Shown here: positions 9,027 to 18,874 of the stretch, in pieces
How positions within the stretch are numbered: position 1 is the stretch's first letter
How the letters are laid out: every line of letters starts with the position of its first letter
Notes under the pieces: model-generated
The model's input: only the letters and a program-made list of their open reading frames with translations
The model's database searches: none
Told to the model about the DNA's origin: nothing
NCBI GenBank assembly: GCA_046327915.1
Contig: JAXLXO010000026.1
Location: 23,069 to 87,068 of the forward strand
DNA from: Candidatus Binatia bacterium
GTDB lineage: Bacteria; Desulfobacterota; Binatia; UBA12015
Reading direction: 5' to 3'
DNA length: 64,000 nucleotides
Made by a program: the position numbers and the translations under genes

Positions 9027-11199
9027 GGGGGGCCTCCAGCTTGTCGATGCGCACCGCTGCCACCTTGAACTCCGGGATGCCGGCGACCGGGTCGTACGCG
9101 CGGTTCGTGAGCAGGTTGGCCGACTGCGCGCCGGGCCAGTGATAGGGAATGAACACGGTGTCGGGGCGGATCGTCGCCACGACGAGAGCGGTGAGCTCCA
9201 GCGCGCCGCGCCGGCTCGACACGCGCACGCGGTCGCCGTCGCGCACGCCCAGCTTCGCGGCGAGCTTCGGGTGCAGCTCGACCTTCGGCTCCGGGTACTG
9301 CTCGACCAGCGGGCCGATGCGGCGCGTCTGCGTGCCCGACAGGAACTGCGAGACCACGCGTCCCGTCGTGAGGAGGATCGGATACTCGTCGTCGGTGGTC
9401 TCGGCGGGCGGCCGGTACTCGACCGCGTGGAACCGCGCGCGTCCGTCGCGGTGCGCGAAGCGGCCGCCCTCGAAGAGCCGCGGCGTGCCCGGATGATCCG
9501 GCGTCGGGCACGGCCAGAACACGCCCATCTGCCGCTCGATGCGCTCCCAGGTGATACCCGCGTAGTCGGCGACGCCGCCCGCCGACACGCGCGCGAGCTC
9601 GGTGAAGATCTCCTCGGGTCCCGCGAAGGCGAAGCGCTCGCCCTGTCCGAGACGGCGCGCGAGATCGCACACGATGCGCCAGTCGGCGCGCGCCTCCCCG
9701 GGCGGGTCGACCGCCTTGCGGATGCGGATCACCCTGCCCTCCGCGCTGGTGACGGTGCCCTCGTCCTCCTCCTGCAGCGAGCCCGGCAGGACGAGGTCCG
9801 CGTGGCGTGCGGTCTCGGACAGGAAGAAGTCGATCGCGGTGTAGAACTCGAGCCGCTCGAGCGCCTCGCGCGTGAACGTCGCGTCGGGCAGCGAGACCAG
9901 CGGGTTGAAGCAGAGCGAGATCAGTCCCCGGATCTCGCCGCGGTGGATCGCCTCCACGATCTGCGGCGCGGTGTAGCCCTTGCCGGGCAGCACGTCGGGC
10001 TCGACGCCCCACATCGCGGCGACGTGCGCACGGTGCGCTGGATTCTCGATGTCGCGCGCGCCGGGCAGCTGGTTGCAGCGCTGTCCGTGCTCGCGTCCGC
10101 CCTGCCCGTTGCCCTGTCCGGTGATCGTCGCGTAGCCGCAGCCGGGCTTGCCGATCCTGCCGGTCGCGAGGACGAGGTTGATGCACGCGAGGACGTTCTC
10201 GACGCCCTTGGTGTGGTGCTCGATGCCGCGCGCGTGCAGCAGAAACGTCCGCGGCGCCTGCACCCACATCGTCGCCGCCTCGACGATGCGCTCGGCCGGA
10301 ATGCCGACCTCGCGCGCGACGCTCTCCGGCGTGTAGCGCTCGACGGTGCGCAGCACCTCGTCGAAGCCGGTGGTGTGCGCGGCGACGAAGGCGTGATCGA
10401 CGCCGCCGAGCCGGATCACGACGTTCAGGATCGCGTTCAGCAGCGCCGAGTCGCGTCCCGGACGCACCGGGAGGTAGAGGTCCGCGGTGCGCGCGATCGG
10501 CGTCAGGCGCGGATCGACGACGACCAGCTTCGCGCCGCGGTCGCGCGCGCGCCAGATGTAGTCGGTGGTGATCGGGCTGCACTCGGAGACGTTCGCGCCC
10601 AGCACCAGGACCAGATCCGTGGACGGGATGTCCGCCCACGGGTTCGCAGCCCGGTCGATGCCGAAGGCCTTCAGGTTCGCGGCCCCGGCCGCGACCATGC
10701 AGAGGCGCCCGTTGTAGTCGATGTGCCGCGTGCCGACCGCGAGGCGCGCGAACTTGCCCATGAGGTACGCCTTCTCGTTGGTGAGCGACGCGCCGGACAG
10801 GACGGCGACCGAGTCCGGTCCGTGACGGTCCTGCAGCCGGCGCACGCGCTCGGCCACGAGGTCGAGCGCCTCGTCCCACGGGATGCGGCCGAAGCCGCCG
10901 CCGGTGCGCACCATCGGCTGCAGCAGGCGGTCCGGATGGTTGTTCTGCAGGTAGCGCTTGACGCCCTTCGGGCAGAGCTTGCCGCCGTTGAACGGAAACT
11001 CCTCCCACGGCTCGACGCCGACCACGCGCTCGTCCCGGACGAGCAGCTTGACGCCGCACTGCTGGCCGCAGAAGCAGCAGTGCGTCTGCACCTTGCGGTC
11101 CGCGTGGGCGCGCGCCGCGAAGCCGCCGGGCGGCTCGTAGGAGCGGTGCGGTCCGTAGCGGTCGACGAGCTCTTCCAGCGGTGCGGTCGGCTTCGCCAT
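9007..11199 (-). CDS. Molybdopterin oxidoreductase, NasA/NarB-type (assimilatory-nitrate-reductase-like catalytic subunit)
   Basis: 730 aa from ATG 11199. N-terminal CxxCxxxC..C motif ([10 protein letters not shown]...KLCPKG). MGD core ([15 protein letters not shown]). No Tat signal and no in-frame TGA. Confidence 0.85.
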   Translation of the reverse strand: MAKPTAPLEELVDRYGPHRSYEPPGGFAARAHADRKVQTHCCFCGQQCGVKLLVRDERVVGVEPWEEFPFNGGKLCPKGVKRYLQNNHPDRLLQPMVRTGGGFGRIPWDEALDLVAERVRRLQDRHGPDSVAVLSGASLTNEKAYLMGKFARLAVGTRHIDYNGRLCMVAAGAANLKAFGIDRAANPWADIPSTDLVLVLGANVSECSPITTDYIWRARDRGAKLVVVDPRLTPIARTADLYLPVRPGRDSALLNAILNVVIRLGGVDHAFVAAHTTGFDEVLRTVERYTPESVAREVGIPAERIVEAATMWVQAPRTFLLHARGIEHHTKGVENVLACINLVLATGRIGKPGCGYATITGQGNGQGGREHGQRCNQLPGARDIENPAHRAHVAAMWGVEPDVLPGKGYTAPQIVEAIHRGEIRGLISLCFNPLVSLPDATFTREALERLEFYTAIDFFLSETARHADLVLPGSLQEEDEGTVTSAEGRVIRIRKAVDPPGEARADWRIVCDLARRLGQGERFAFAGPEEIFTELARVSAGGVADYAGITWERIERQMGVFWPCPTPDHPGTPRLFEGGRFAHRDGRARFHAVEYRPPAETTDDEYPILLTTGRVVSQFLSGTQTRRIGPLVEQYPEPKVELHPKLAAKLGVRDGDRVRVSSRRGALELTALVVATIRPDTVFIPYHWPGAQSANLLTNRAYDPVAGIPEFKVAAVRIDKLEAPRAAAFH

Positions 11200-12233
11200 C
11201 ACGCAGCCCTCCGTGCCGGGTCCGACTCGGCGTGCGTGCCGAGAACGTGCGGGTGGAAGCGCGCGCCGACCAGCGCCGCCTGCGTGGTCGCGAGCCGACG
11301 ACGACGGCAGGCCGGGCACCAGTCGAGCGCGTCCAGCGCAAGGCCGCGCGCCGCGAGCATCGCGCGCACCGCGTCGTGCTGGACGCGCGGCGCGAGCGAT
11401 GCTCCGCAGCCGACGCACCCGACGCGGTCGTCCGAGCGCCGCACCGCGCGCGCACCGAGCTGCAGCGGCCGGATCAGTACGTGATGCAGCTTCGAGAACG
11501 GGATCGCCGCCAGCAGCACGATCACCGCGACCTCGTGCGCGGCGGACGCCACGTCGAAGAGCCGCGGCGCGTGCCGCGTCGCCGGCAAAGCGAGACCGGT
11601 CGCCGCGACGACGAGGAGCAGCACGAGGGGTGCCAGGTGGAACGACGACGTCTCTCCCGGAAGGGCGCGGATGCGAACGCGCCGCACGAGGAAGATCGAG
11701 GCACCGAGCAGCACCGCCACGCCGGCGAGCGCGAGCCCGTGGAACGCGAGCCAGCCGATCGCGCCGTCCACCGCGAAGCGCGCGGCCGGGACGCCGAGCA
11801 CGACGGCGCGGTAGTGCGCAGGACCGTCGGCCGCGAACCTCAGCCAGCCGAACACCAGCGGAACCGTGATCGCGAAGCTCGCGAGCGTGCCGAGCGAGAG
11901 CAGCAGGTGCGCGACCCAGCGCACGCGGGAGCGCCGTGCGACGAAGCGCTGCGCCACCAGGTCCGACGTCGCGGAGCGCAGCACCGCGCGCAGCTCGGCG
12001 GGATGCCGAAGTGCACGCAGGAGCGCGCCGGCGAGAGCGCGCGCGTGGAACGCCGACGGAGGACGCCGCCAGAACGCGCTTGCCCGGAACGCCGCTCCCG
12101 CGAACGCCGCCACGGTCGCACCGAGATAGCCCAGCAGCGCCGGATCGAGTGCCGCGCCGCGCTCCGAGCCGAAGAAGATCGCGAGCAGCAGCAGCGCCGT
12201 CGCGAGCGACGCGTCCCGCACCGGCGCGCTCAT
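11199..12233 (-). CDS. NarI/DsrM-like polytopic membrane protein with C-terminal CxxC..CxxC tail
   Basis: 344 aa from ATG 12233. Six to seven hydrophobic helices carrying His residues. [13 protein letters not shown] motif as in nitrate-reductase-gamma-like cytochromes b. Tail CVGCG...CPAC. ATGA and TGATG overlaps with the neighbours. Confidence 0.6.
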   Translation of the reverse strand: MSAPVRDASLATALLLLAIFFGSERGAALDPALLGYLGATVAAFAGAAFRASAFWRRPPSAFHARALAGALLRALRHPAELRAVLRSATSDLVAQRFVARRSRVRWVAHLLLSLGTLASFAITVPLVFGWLRFAADGPAHYRAVVLGVPAARFAVDGAIGWLAFHGLALAGVAVLLGASIFLVRRVRIRALPGETSSFHLAPLVLLLVVAATGLALPATRHAPRLFDVASAAHEVAVIVLLAAIPFSKLHHVLIRPLQLGARAVRRSDDRVGCVGCGASLAPRVQHDAVRAMLAARGLALDALDWCPACRRRRLATTQAALVGARFHPHVLGTHAESDPARRAA

Positions 12234-15200
12234 GCGCCACCGCCCGGGGCCGTCGCGGCCTCCGCCGCGGTGCAGGCCGACGCGCACGAGCCCGCACGCT
12301 GCAGCTGCTCCGGGGGCGGCAGCTCGACCCAGACGTCGTCGCCACGGAGCTCGACCGGAAACGTGCGGATCGCGTACTGAGGGTCCGCGAGCCCCGCTCC
12401 CGTCCGCAGCGAGAAGGTCTTCTTGTGCATGGGACACGCCACCTTGGGCTCGCCGTCCTGCGTGCCGAGCAGCCCGCGTGCGAGAACCGCGTCGCCGCGG
12501 TGCGGACACGTCGCCTGCGTCGCGTACCAGGCGCCGGCGCTCGCGAAGCGGAAGACGGCGATCTGCACGCCGCCGTGATCGTGATTGACGCCGCCGTCGG
12601 GCGGTACGTCTTCGGCGCGCGCGACGCGCACCCACGTGCGTCCGCCCGCGGGCGGCGCGAGCATGGCGGGACCGGCCGGCGGCGCGGACGGCCAATCCGC
12701 GGGGCGCCGCTGGCCGCGCTCGCGCACGAACGCGACGCGCGGATCCGGCGCGTTGCCGTCCGCGAAGTGCCGGAACGCGGCCCGCTTCGCGGGGTCGCGC
12801 ACGACCTCCGCCCACTCGCACGAGTAGGCGTCGACCAGCAGCTGCATGTCGCGCTCGAGATCCGCGCAGAGTCCGAGCGCGTCGTCGACGATGACGCTCC
12901 TCAGGTACTCGATGCCGCCGTCCATGCGCTCGATCCAGCGCGCGGTCCGCTCGAGCGGGTTCGCGGTCTGGACGTAGTACATGAGGAAGCGGTCGATCAG
13001 CCGGATCAGCGTGTCCTCGTCGAGGTCGGACGCGACCAGATCCGCGTGTCGCGGCTGCGCGCCGCCGTTGCCGCCAAGGTAGAGGTTCCAGCCGGTCTCG
13101 GTCGCGATGACGCCGAAGTCCTTGCTCTGCGCCTCGGCGCACTCGCGGATGCACCCCGACACGGCCGACTTGAGCTTGTGCGGCGCGCGGATGCCGCGGT
13201 ACCGCTCCTCGATGCGGATCGCGAGCGTGGTCGAGTCCTGCACGCCGAAGCGGCACCACGTCGAGCCGACGCAGCTCTTCACCGTCCGCATCGCCTTGCC
13301 GTAGGCGTGTCCGCTCTCGAAGCCGGCCTCGACCAGCGCCTCCCAGATCTCCGGCAGCTGCTCGACGCGCGCACCGAGCAGGTCGATGCGCTGCCCGCCG
13401 GTGATCTTGCAGGCGAGGTCGAACCTCTTCGCGACCTCTGCGATCACCATGAGCTTGTCGGGCGTGATCTCGCCGCCCGGAATGCGCGGAATCACCGAGT
13501 ACGTCCCGCCGCGCTGGATGTTGGCGAGGAAACGGTCGTTGGTGTCCTGGATCGACGCGTGCTGCAGGACGAAGTCGTTCCAGCTGCTGGCGAGGATCGA
13601 CGCGATCGCGGGACGGCACACCTCGCAGCCGGCCCCCGTGCCGTGGCTCGCGAGCAGCTGCTGGAAGCTGCGCACGCGCTTCAACTTGACGATCTGGAAC
13701 AGCTCCTGGCGCGTGAACGCGAAGTGCTCGCACAGGTCGCGGTTGGGCTCGCGCCCCGCACGCGCGAGCTCGGCGTCGAGGATCTGCGCGACCAGGGGGA
13801 CGCAGCCGCCGCAGCCCGTGCCGGCCTTCGTGCACGACTTGACGCCGCCGACGGTCGTCAGCTCCTGCTCCGCGATCGCGGCGCGGATCCGTCCCTTGCT
13901 CACGTTGTTGCACGAGCAGACCTGGGCGTCGTCGCCGAGGCTGCCCGCGACGCCCGCCGCGCCGACGCCCCCGCTGCTGCCGAACAGCAGCTCGTGCGAG
14001 CGCTCGGGCAGCGGCATGCCGCTCTTCGACAGCGCCAGCAGCGATGCGTACGGCCCCGCGTCGCCGACGAGAATGCCGCCCAGCAGCCGCTGCCGGTCGT
14101 CGCTGAGGATCAGCTTCTGGTAGACGCCGCGCGCGCGGTCCTCGTAGACCACGCGGTGCACGCTGGTGCCCGCCGACTCGTCGGCGAAGCAGCCGCCGAA
14201 GCTCGCGACGTCGACGCCGAGCAGCTTGAGCTTCGTCGACAGGTCGGCGCCGGTGAAGCGGCGGTCCTCGCCGCAGAAGCGCGCGGCGAGCGTCTCCGCC
14301 ATCTCGTAGCCGGGTCCGACGAGGCCGTAGATCATGCCGCCGACCAGCGCACACTCGCCGATCGCGAAGATGCGCGGGTCCGCGGTCGCGAGCGTCGGAT
14401 CGACGACGATGCCACCGCGCTCGCCGACCGCGAGGCCGGCGCCGCGCGCGAGCTCGTCGCGCGGCGTGATGCCGGCCGAGACGACGACCATGTCGACCGC
14501 GATCGTGACGCCGTCACGGAAGCGCAGCGCCGCGACCGGTGAGGCGGCATCGCTCGCGACGGCGCCGTCGATCGCCTCGGTCTGCGCCGCGACGTGAACG
14601 TGCACGCCGAGGCTCTCGATCGCGCGGCGCAGCACGTCGCCGCCGCCGCCGTCCACCTGACGCGGCATGAGGCGCGGCGCCGCCTCGACGACGTGCGTCT
14701 CGATGCCCATGTCGAGCAGCGCCTTCGCCGCCTCGAGCCCGAGCAGCCCGCCGCCGATCACCGCGGCGCTGCGAGCACGCGCGCCCCACGCGCGAATCGC
14801 CTCGAGATCCTCGATCGTGCGGTACGCGAACACGCCCGGTCGCGCGATTCCGGGCAGCGGTGGCACGAACGGCGCGGAGCCGGTCGCGAGCACGAGCGCG
14901 TCGTAGCGCCGGGTGCGCCCCGTCGCGGTGACCACCGTGCGCGCCGCGCGGTCGATCTCCGTCACGCGCTCCGCGAGGTGAAGCGCGATGCCCTGCTCCG
15001 CGTACCAGCCGCGCGTCTCGAGCTGCAGGTCGTCGGCGGTCTTGCCCGCGAAGAAGGCGCTCAGGTGCACGCGGTCGTACGCCGGCCGCGGCTCCTCGCC
15101 GATGCAGACGAGGCGGAAGCTCTCGCCGCTGTCGCGCTCGGTGAGCAGCTCGCAGAAGCGATGCCCGACCATGCCGTCGCCGACCACGACCACCGTGCGC

Positions 15201-15241
15201 CGTTCGTCGCCGTCGCCGTCGTCCCGCTCGCTCATCGTCAC
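12230..15241 (-). CDS. nirB: NAD(P)H nitrite reductase large subunit fused to a NirD-like Rieske domain (NirB-NirD)
   Basis: Rossmann motifs ([26 protein letters not shown]). BFD-like Cys pairs. Sirohaem/FeS motifs ([22 protein letters not shown]). C-terminal CPHRG...CPMHKK domain. Start is GTG 15241 or ATG 15235. Confidence 0.9.
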   Translation of the reverse strand: MTMSERDDGDGDERRTVVVVGDGMVGHRFCELLTERDSGESFRLVCIGEEPRPAYDRVHLSAFFAGKTADDLQLETRGWYAEQGIALHLAERVTEIDRAARTVVTATGRTRRYDALVLATGSAPFVPPLPGIARPGVFAYRTIEDLEAIRAWGARARSAAVIGGGLLGLEAAKALLDMGIETHVVEAAPRLMPRQVDGGGGDVLRRAIESLGVHVHVAAQTEAIDGAVASDAASPVAALRFRDGVTIAVDMVVVSAGITPRDELARGAGLAVGERGGIVVDPTLATADPRIFAIGECALVGGMIYGLVGPGYEMAETLAARFCGEDRRFTGADLSTKLKLLGVDVASFGGCFADESAGTSVHRVVYEDRARGVYQKLILSDDRQRLLGGILVGDAGPYASLLALSKSGMPLPERSHELLFGSSGGVGAAGVAGSLGDDAQVCSCNNVSKGRIRAAIAEQELTTVGGVKSCTKAGTGCGGCVPLVAQILDAELARAGREPNRDLCEHFAFTRQELFQIVKLKRVRSFQQLLASHGTGAGCEVCRPAIASILASSWNDFVLQHASIQDTNDRFLANIQRGGTYSVIPRIPGGEITPDKLMVIAEVAKRFDLACKITGGQRIDLLGARVEQLPEIWEALVEAGFESGHAYGKAMRTVKSCVGSTWCRFGVQDSTTLAIRIEERYRGIRAPHKLKSAVSGCIRECAEAQSKDFGVIATETGWNLYLGGNGGAQPRHADLVASDLDEDTLIRLIDRFLMYYVQTANPLERTARWIERMDGGIEYLRSVIVDDALGLCADLERDMQLLVDAYSCEWAEVVRDPAKRAAFRHFADGNAPDPRVAFVRERGQRRPADWPSAPPAGPAMLAPPAGGRTWVRVARAEDVPPDGGVNHDHGGVQIAVFRFASAGAWYATQATCPHRGDAVLARGLLGTQDGEPKVACPMHKKTFSLRTGAGLADPQYAIRTFPVELRGDDVWVELPPPEQLQRAGSCASACTAAEAATAPGGGA

Positions 15242-15246
15242 CCCGG

Positions 15247-15291
15247 AAAAAAGAAACGGCGCCCCTGGCGCGACGAGGAGGCCGTTCGTCG
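15247..15291 (-). terminator. Terminator/attenuator-like element immediately 5' of nirBD
   Basis: Minus-strand GC-rich alternative pairings (CGACGA/TCGTCG, GCGCC-AGG-GGCGC, AACGGC/GCCGTT) are followed by TTTCTTTTTT (15247-15256), 6-12 nt before the start codon. Confidence 0.45.
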
Positions 15292-15360
15292 TGCCGGGGA
15301 CGCCGTTGTCCCGTCACCGGGCCGTCGAGGACCGGTGATCGTCTATGTCGTTCGAGAACG

Positions 15361-15440
15361 CGGTCGCGGTCGACCGCCGCCAGGGGGAGACGGTCGTCGT
15401 TGACCGCCACCCCGCGAGGCGGTCGCAATCGACCGCCGCC
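15361..15440. repeat. Three tandem 21-nt units, each containing a CGGTCG-N4/5-CGACCG inverted repeat
   Basis: Copies at 15361-15381, 15391-15411 and 15420-15440 (period 29-30 nt). Stems are conserved and loops vary (CGGT / TCGTT / CAAT on the plus strand). Confidence 0.85.
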
Positions 15441-15587
15441 GCGCAGGCACGCAAACGGGGGGCCACGATCGCGTTCGCCGCGACGCCCGTCCTCGCGAGG
15501 TTTTTTCGTCGCGGTCAGCGCCGCGATCTGCGCGCTGCCGATCGCGCGGGCAGCGATCGCAGGCAGCTGCCCATCACGACGGCACGA

Positions 15588-17162
15588 TCAGAACGAGAGG
15601 ATGCCCTCCAGATACCCGTAGTTGCCGTCGCTGCCGACGAAGTTCTGATCGATCACGCCCTGTCCCCACGCGTGCGCGTAGAAGGCGTTCATCTTGAAGA
15701 ACGACGTCGGCCGGATCTCGAAGTTGACGTGCGCCAGGTAGGCCAGCTCGTAGCGGCCCTTCGCCGGGACGCCGCCGAAGCCGAAGAAGTCGTTCTTCGT
15801 GGCGCCGCCGCCGAAGTACGCGAGGTCCTGCGAGCTGTTGACGCGCAGCCAGTGGAAGTCCGTGCGCACCGTGACCATCGGCAGCGGGTCCATCAGCGCC
15901 TGCACGAAGACGTCCTGGTTGTTCATCATGTTGTAGAACGGGAACTGCGCGTACAGCCACGCCGTCGGCAGCATCTGGAAGAACGTCTGATGCCGGTCGT
16001 CGTTCGGGTTCGGGTCACCCGACGCGCTGTCGATGCCGAGCCGCAGCCACGGCCGCGACCACAGCTCGGCGAGCTGGTAGCCCGCCTCGACGCCGTAGGC
16101 CCACGCGGTGTGGTCCTGGTTCTGGTAGTTGCCCATCTGGCCGTAGCCGTACGCCAGGCCGTCGGCGAAGCCCGGGCCGAGCTCCTCGACGTGGATCACG
16201 TTCGCGCCGACGGTGTGGATCGTCGACGACTCGCCCTTCGCCGCTTGACGCACGGGCAGCGGACGATTGTCGGTGTAAACGACGTCGCGGTAGTCGTGGT
16301 AGACGAACCAGAACAGGCGTCCGATCGTGTTGCCGAGCTGCGGTGAGTCGGGCAGGTTCAGCGCGACGCCGCCGAGGTCGATGTCGAGCTCGCGGTTCGC
16401 GTCGACCTCGTAGCCGCCGTAGGTCGGGCGGAAGCCGAAGCCGGTGACGTTGATCAGGTCGTTGCCGAAGCCGACCTGGCCGCCGTCGAAGCTGCGGCCG
16501 ACGTGCGTGTAGTCGAACGGCCCGATCAGGCGCTGCCCGATGCGGTTCGCCTGCAGCCACTTCAGGTTGGGCTGCTTCGCCGCCACGTCGACGCCGTCGT
16601 AGTAGAGCTGGCGCCCGCCCTTGAGGAACAGGCCGTCGAGACCGAACAGGCTCTTCGTCTGCGCCCACGCATTGCGCAGGATCACGCCGTTCTGCGTGTG
16701 GCTCATCGTGTTGGCGTAGTACGTCCCGCCGACGCCGACCGCGCCCGACGGCACGTTGCCGAGCGTCGAGTCCTGCACCTGGACGAACATCTCGTAGGGC
16801 GCGCGCGTGACGCGGACGCCGACCTGCAGCTTGTTGCCGACGAAGTTGTAGCGCGAGTCCGGCGTCGGCGAGTCGGAAGGCGGCTGGAACCAGTCGACGA
16901 ACTCGGCGCGGAAGCGGTCGAAGATCTCGAGCCGGATCCTGCTGTCCCACGGACCGTCGGTCTCGATCCGCGGCGCCGCCGACGCCGCAGCCGGCGCCGC
17001 CGGCGCTGCGGCTGGCGCTGCCGCCCCGGCCCCGGAGCTCTGCGCCGACGAAACCGGCGGCAGCACGAGCAACGACAGCGACGTCAAGCACACAGCGGAA
17101 ACGATCGCGCGACGCCGCGGCGACGCTCCCATGAGGACACCTCCTCCCCTTCGGCGAATCAT
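15588..17162 (-). CDS. Outer-membrane beta-barrel porin, alginate-export (AlgE-like) family
   Basis: Signal peptide (...LVLPPVSSAQS), Ala/Pro linker, alternating beta-strand pattern and aromatic C-terminus (...GYLEGILSF). An alternative start at 17132 is possible. Confidence 0.7.
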   Translation of the reverse strand: MIRRRGGGVLMGASPRRRAIVSAVCLTSLSLLVLPPVSSAQSSGAGAAAPAAAPAAPAAASAAPRIETDGPWDSRIRLEIFDRFRAEFVDWFQPPSDSPTPDSRYNFVGNKLQVGVRVTRAPYEMFVQVQDSTLGNVPSGAVGVGGTYYANTMSHTQNGVILRNAWAQTKSLFGLDGLFLKGGRQLYYDGVDVAAKQPNLKWLQANRIGQRLIGPFDYTHVGRSFDGGQVGFGNDLINVTGFGFRPTYGGYEVDANRELDIDLGGVALNLPDSPQLGNTIGRLFWFVYHDYRDVVYTDNRPLPVRQAAKGESSTIHTVGANVIHVEELGPGFADGLAYGYGQMGNYQNQDHTAWAYGVEAGYQLAELWSRPWLRLGIDSASGDPNPNDDRHQTFFQMLPTAWLYAQFPFYNMMNNQDVFVQALMDPLPMVTVRTDFHWLRVNSSQDLAYFGGGATKNDFFGFGGVPAKGRYELAYLAHVNFEIRPTSFFKMNAFYAHAWGQGVIDQNFVGSDGNYGYLEGILSF

Positions 17163-17187
17163 CGTCTGCTCCCTCCCTCGGATCGGC

Positions 17188-18873
17188 TCAAGGGGCCTTG
17201 TGATCGCTCTCCTCGGCCGTCTGCCCCGCAGCGCGCGCGCCCGAGCTGCCGTAGCGCTCCGCCATCGACCGCTTGATCGCCTGCATCTGCTCCTCGGCGC
17301 CCTTCTGGAACCAGGCGTGCTCGGGTCGCGCGAGGATCTCGTCGATCACCGCGTTCGCACGCGCAGCGGCCTCGCCCTGCCCGTTCTCGGCGGCGTGCTT
17401 CGTGATCTCGCGCGCCTGCGGGATCAGCCCCATGTAGAAGCGGTCGGCGACCTCGAACATGCCGTGCCACTGCGTGTAGTCGGGTGCCATCATCGAGGCA
17501 CCCATGCGGGCGCGGCGTCCCTCGTGATGCCAGAGGTAGAACCACGTCCACTCGATCTCCTCGTCGTACTGCGTCGGCGTGAGGAGCTTCTCCTTCGCGA
17601 GCGTGCTCATGATCTGCTGGCCCGGCTTGGCGAACTTCTCGTTGTAGAGCAGCAGCAGACTGTCGTACTGCGAGTAGAACGCGTTGACGTAATCCGGGGT
17701 GTGGCAGTGACCGCACACCTCCTTCATCCGCGTGCGCTTCTGCTCCCAGGTGTCGGTGATCTTCTCCCGACGCTCGGCGGGATCGGTCGCGGTCACGATC
17801 TTGCCGCTGGCGTCGGTGTCCATGAGCAGGCTGACCGGCGGACGGTTGGTCCACGACAGCCGGCTGCCGGGATCGTGCGTGATCTTCCGTCCGTTGCGCG
17901 TGTTCGCCGACATGTGACAGGTCGCGCACGTCGGGGCCGCGGAGTAGTCCTCGCCGAGCACCCACTTCTCCGCGTTCAGGTTCATCTTGTCGTGCAGGTC
18001 GCGGAAGGCGACGCCGTGCTTCGACTCCTCGTAGATCTCCTTCTGCGGATGATCCGGACCGAGGTGGCACTTGCCGCAGTTCTCGGGCTGGCGCGCGCGC
18101 CGCGGCGAGAAGTCGTGGCGGCTGTGGCACGCCGAGCACGAGCCGCGCGAGCCGTCGAGGTTCAGGCGCCCGATGCCGGTGTTCGGCCACGTCTCGCGGT
18201 CGAAGAGCGGACGGCCCTTGTCGTCGCGCAGGATGTTCGCCGCGGCGTCCTTGTCGGTCGGGATGCCCTCGGCGTTCGGCTTGAGCTGGTCCACGTTGAT
18301 CGAGCCGCCGTTCTTCGAGCGCAACGCGACCTTGCTGCCGTGACACTGCTGGCAGCCCGAGAACGCGGCGGCGAGCCCGTTGACCTGGGTTACCTCCATG
18401 CCGGGAGTCTGCCCGTGCGGATTGAACGGCTGCCGCGCCCCCTCGACGTTCTCGGCGAGGAAGTTGTCGAGCGAGGCGAGGATGTTGCCCGCCGCCGCAT
18501 GATGGCTGCGCTCGAACTCCTGCGACACGTCGGCGTGACAGCGCGCGCAATCACGCGGCGTCGTGACGGTCGCGATCAGCTGCCCGTAGTGCTCGAAGGC
18601 GTCGGCGTCCTCCTTCGACGCCTGATGACACTCGACGCACGCGACGCCGCTGCGCGCGTGCTTGCTGCCCTCCCACTGCGCGACGATGCCGGGGTTGCTC
18701 TCGTTGTGGCAGCGGACGCACTCCTGCGACGCCGCCGGCACGGCGATGTGCGGACTCTCGAGCCCGGCCTCCTCGGCGCGGCGGATGACTTCCCGGCGCT
18801 GCACGTAGACGAGGGAAAGAAGAAAGATCAGCGAGGCGCCGATCAGCACCCAGCGCTTCTGGTTCAGCGTCAT
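17188..18873 (-). CDS. Octahaem hydroxylamine-oxidoreductase (HAO)-family cytochrome c with N-terminal membrane anchor
   Basis: Eight CxxCH motifs (CVRCH, CVECH, CARCH, CQQCH, CSACH, CGKCH, CATCH, CGHCH). HAO-like CGKCHLGPDHPQKEIYEESKHG and WHHEGRRARMGASMMAPDYTQWHG. ATG 18873 lies 1 nt after the cytochrome b stop. Confidence 0.85.
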   Translation of the reverse strand: MTLNQKRWVLIGASLIFLLSLVYVQRREVIRRAEEAGLESPHIAVPAASQECVRCHNESNPGIVAQWEGSKHARSGVACVECHQASKEDADAFEHYGQLIATVTTPRDCARCHADVSQEFERSHHAAAGNILASLDNFLAENVEGARQPFNPHGQTPGMEVTQVNGLAAAFSGCQQCHGSKVALRSKNGGSINVDQLKPNAEGIPTDKDAAANILRDDKGRPLFDRETWPNTGIGRLNLDGSRGSCSACHSRHDFSPRRARQPENCGKCHLGPDHPQKEIYEESKHGVAFRDLHDKMNLNAEKWVLGEDYSAAPTCATCHMSANTRNGRKITHDPGSRLSWTNRPPVSLLMDTDASGKIVTATDPAERREKITDTWEQKRTRMKEVCGHCHTPDYVNAFYSQYDSLLLLYNEKFAKPGQQIMSTLAKEKLLTPTQYDEEIEWTWFYLWHHEGRRARMGASMMAPDYTQWHGMFEVADRFYMGLIPQAREITKHAAENGQGEAAARANAVIDEILARPEHAWFQKGAEEQMQAIKRSMAERYGSSGARAAGQTAEESDHKAP

Positions 18874-18874
18874 G

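Noticed and set aside
9007-11199. Formate dehydrogenase or selenoprotein interpretation of the Mo subunit
   Set aside because: There is no in-frame TGA. The Cys motif and the context (nirBD, narK, nasST) favour a nitrate-reductase-type enzyme. The residual uncertainty is stated in the finding.
8674-11484. 936-aa plus-strand ORF across the FeS and NasA-like genes. Similar long ORFs occur at 11936-14542, 23305-25365, 26646-28343, 28144-29847 and 30236-32893.
   Set aside because: All are antisense or out of frame relative to genes with strong cofactor motifs. Their composition is dominated by R/A/G/D with no recognisable domains.
15361-15440. Possible mini-CRISPR array
   Set aside because: There are only three 21-nt units with spacers of about 9 nt, no cas genes, and the units are imperfect. 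An RNA-leader or operator repeat is more consistent.
15491-15506. CCTCGCGAGG palindrome followed by TTTTTT on the plus strand (terminator-like)
   Set aside because: No plus-strand gene ends upstream. On the relevant minus strand the T-run becomes an A-run preceding the palindrome, so it is not an intrinsic terminator for the porin gene. It is kept only as part of the leader description.
15345-16346. 333-aa plus-strand ORF starting in the nirBD leader
   Set aside because: Its N-terminal VDRR/VDRH periodicity simply mirrors the DNA repeats. The remainder is antisense to the porin gene.
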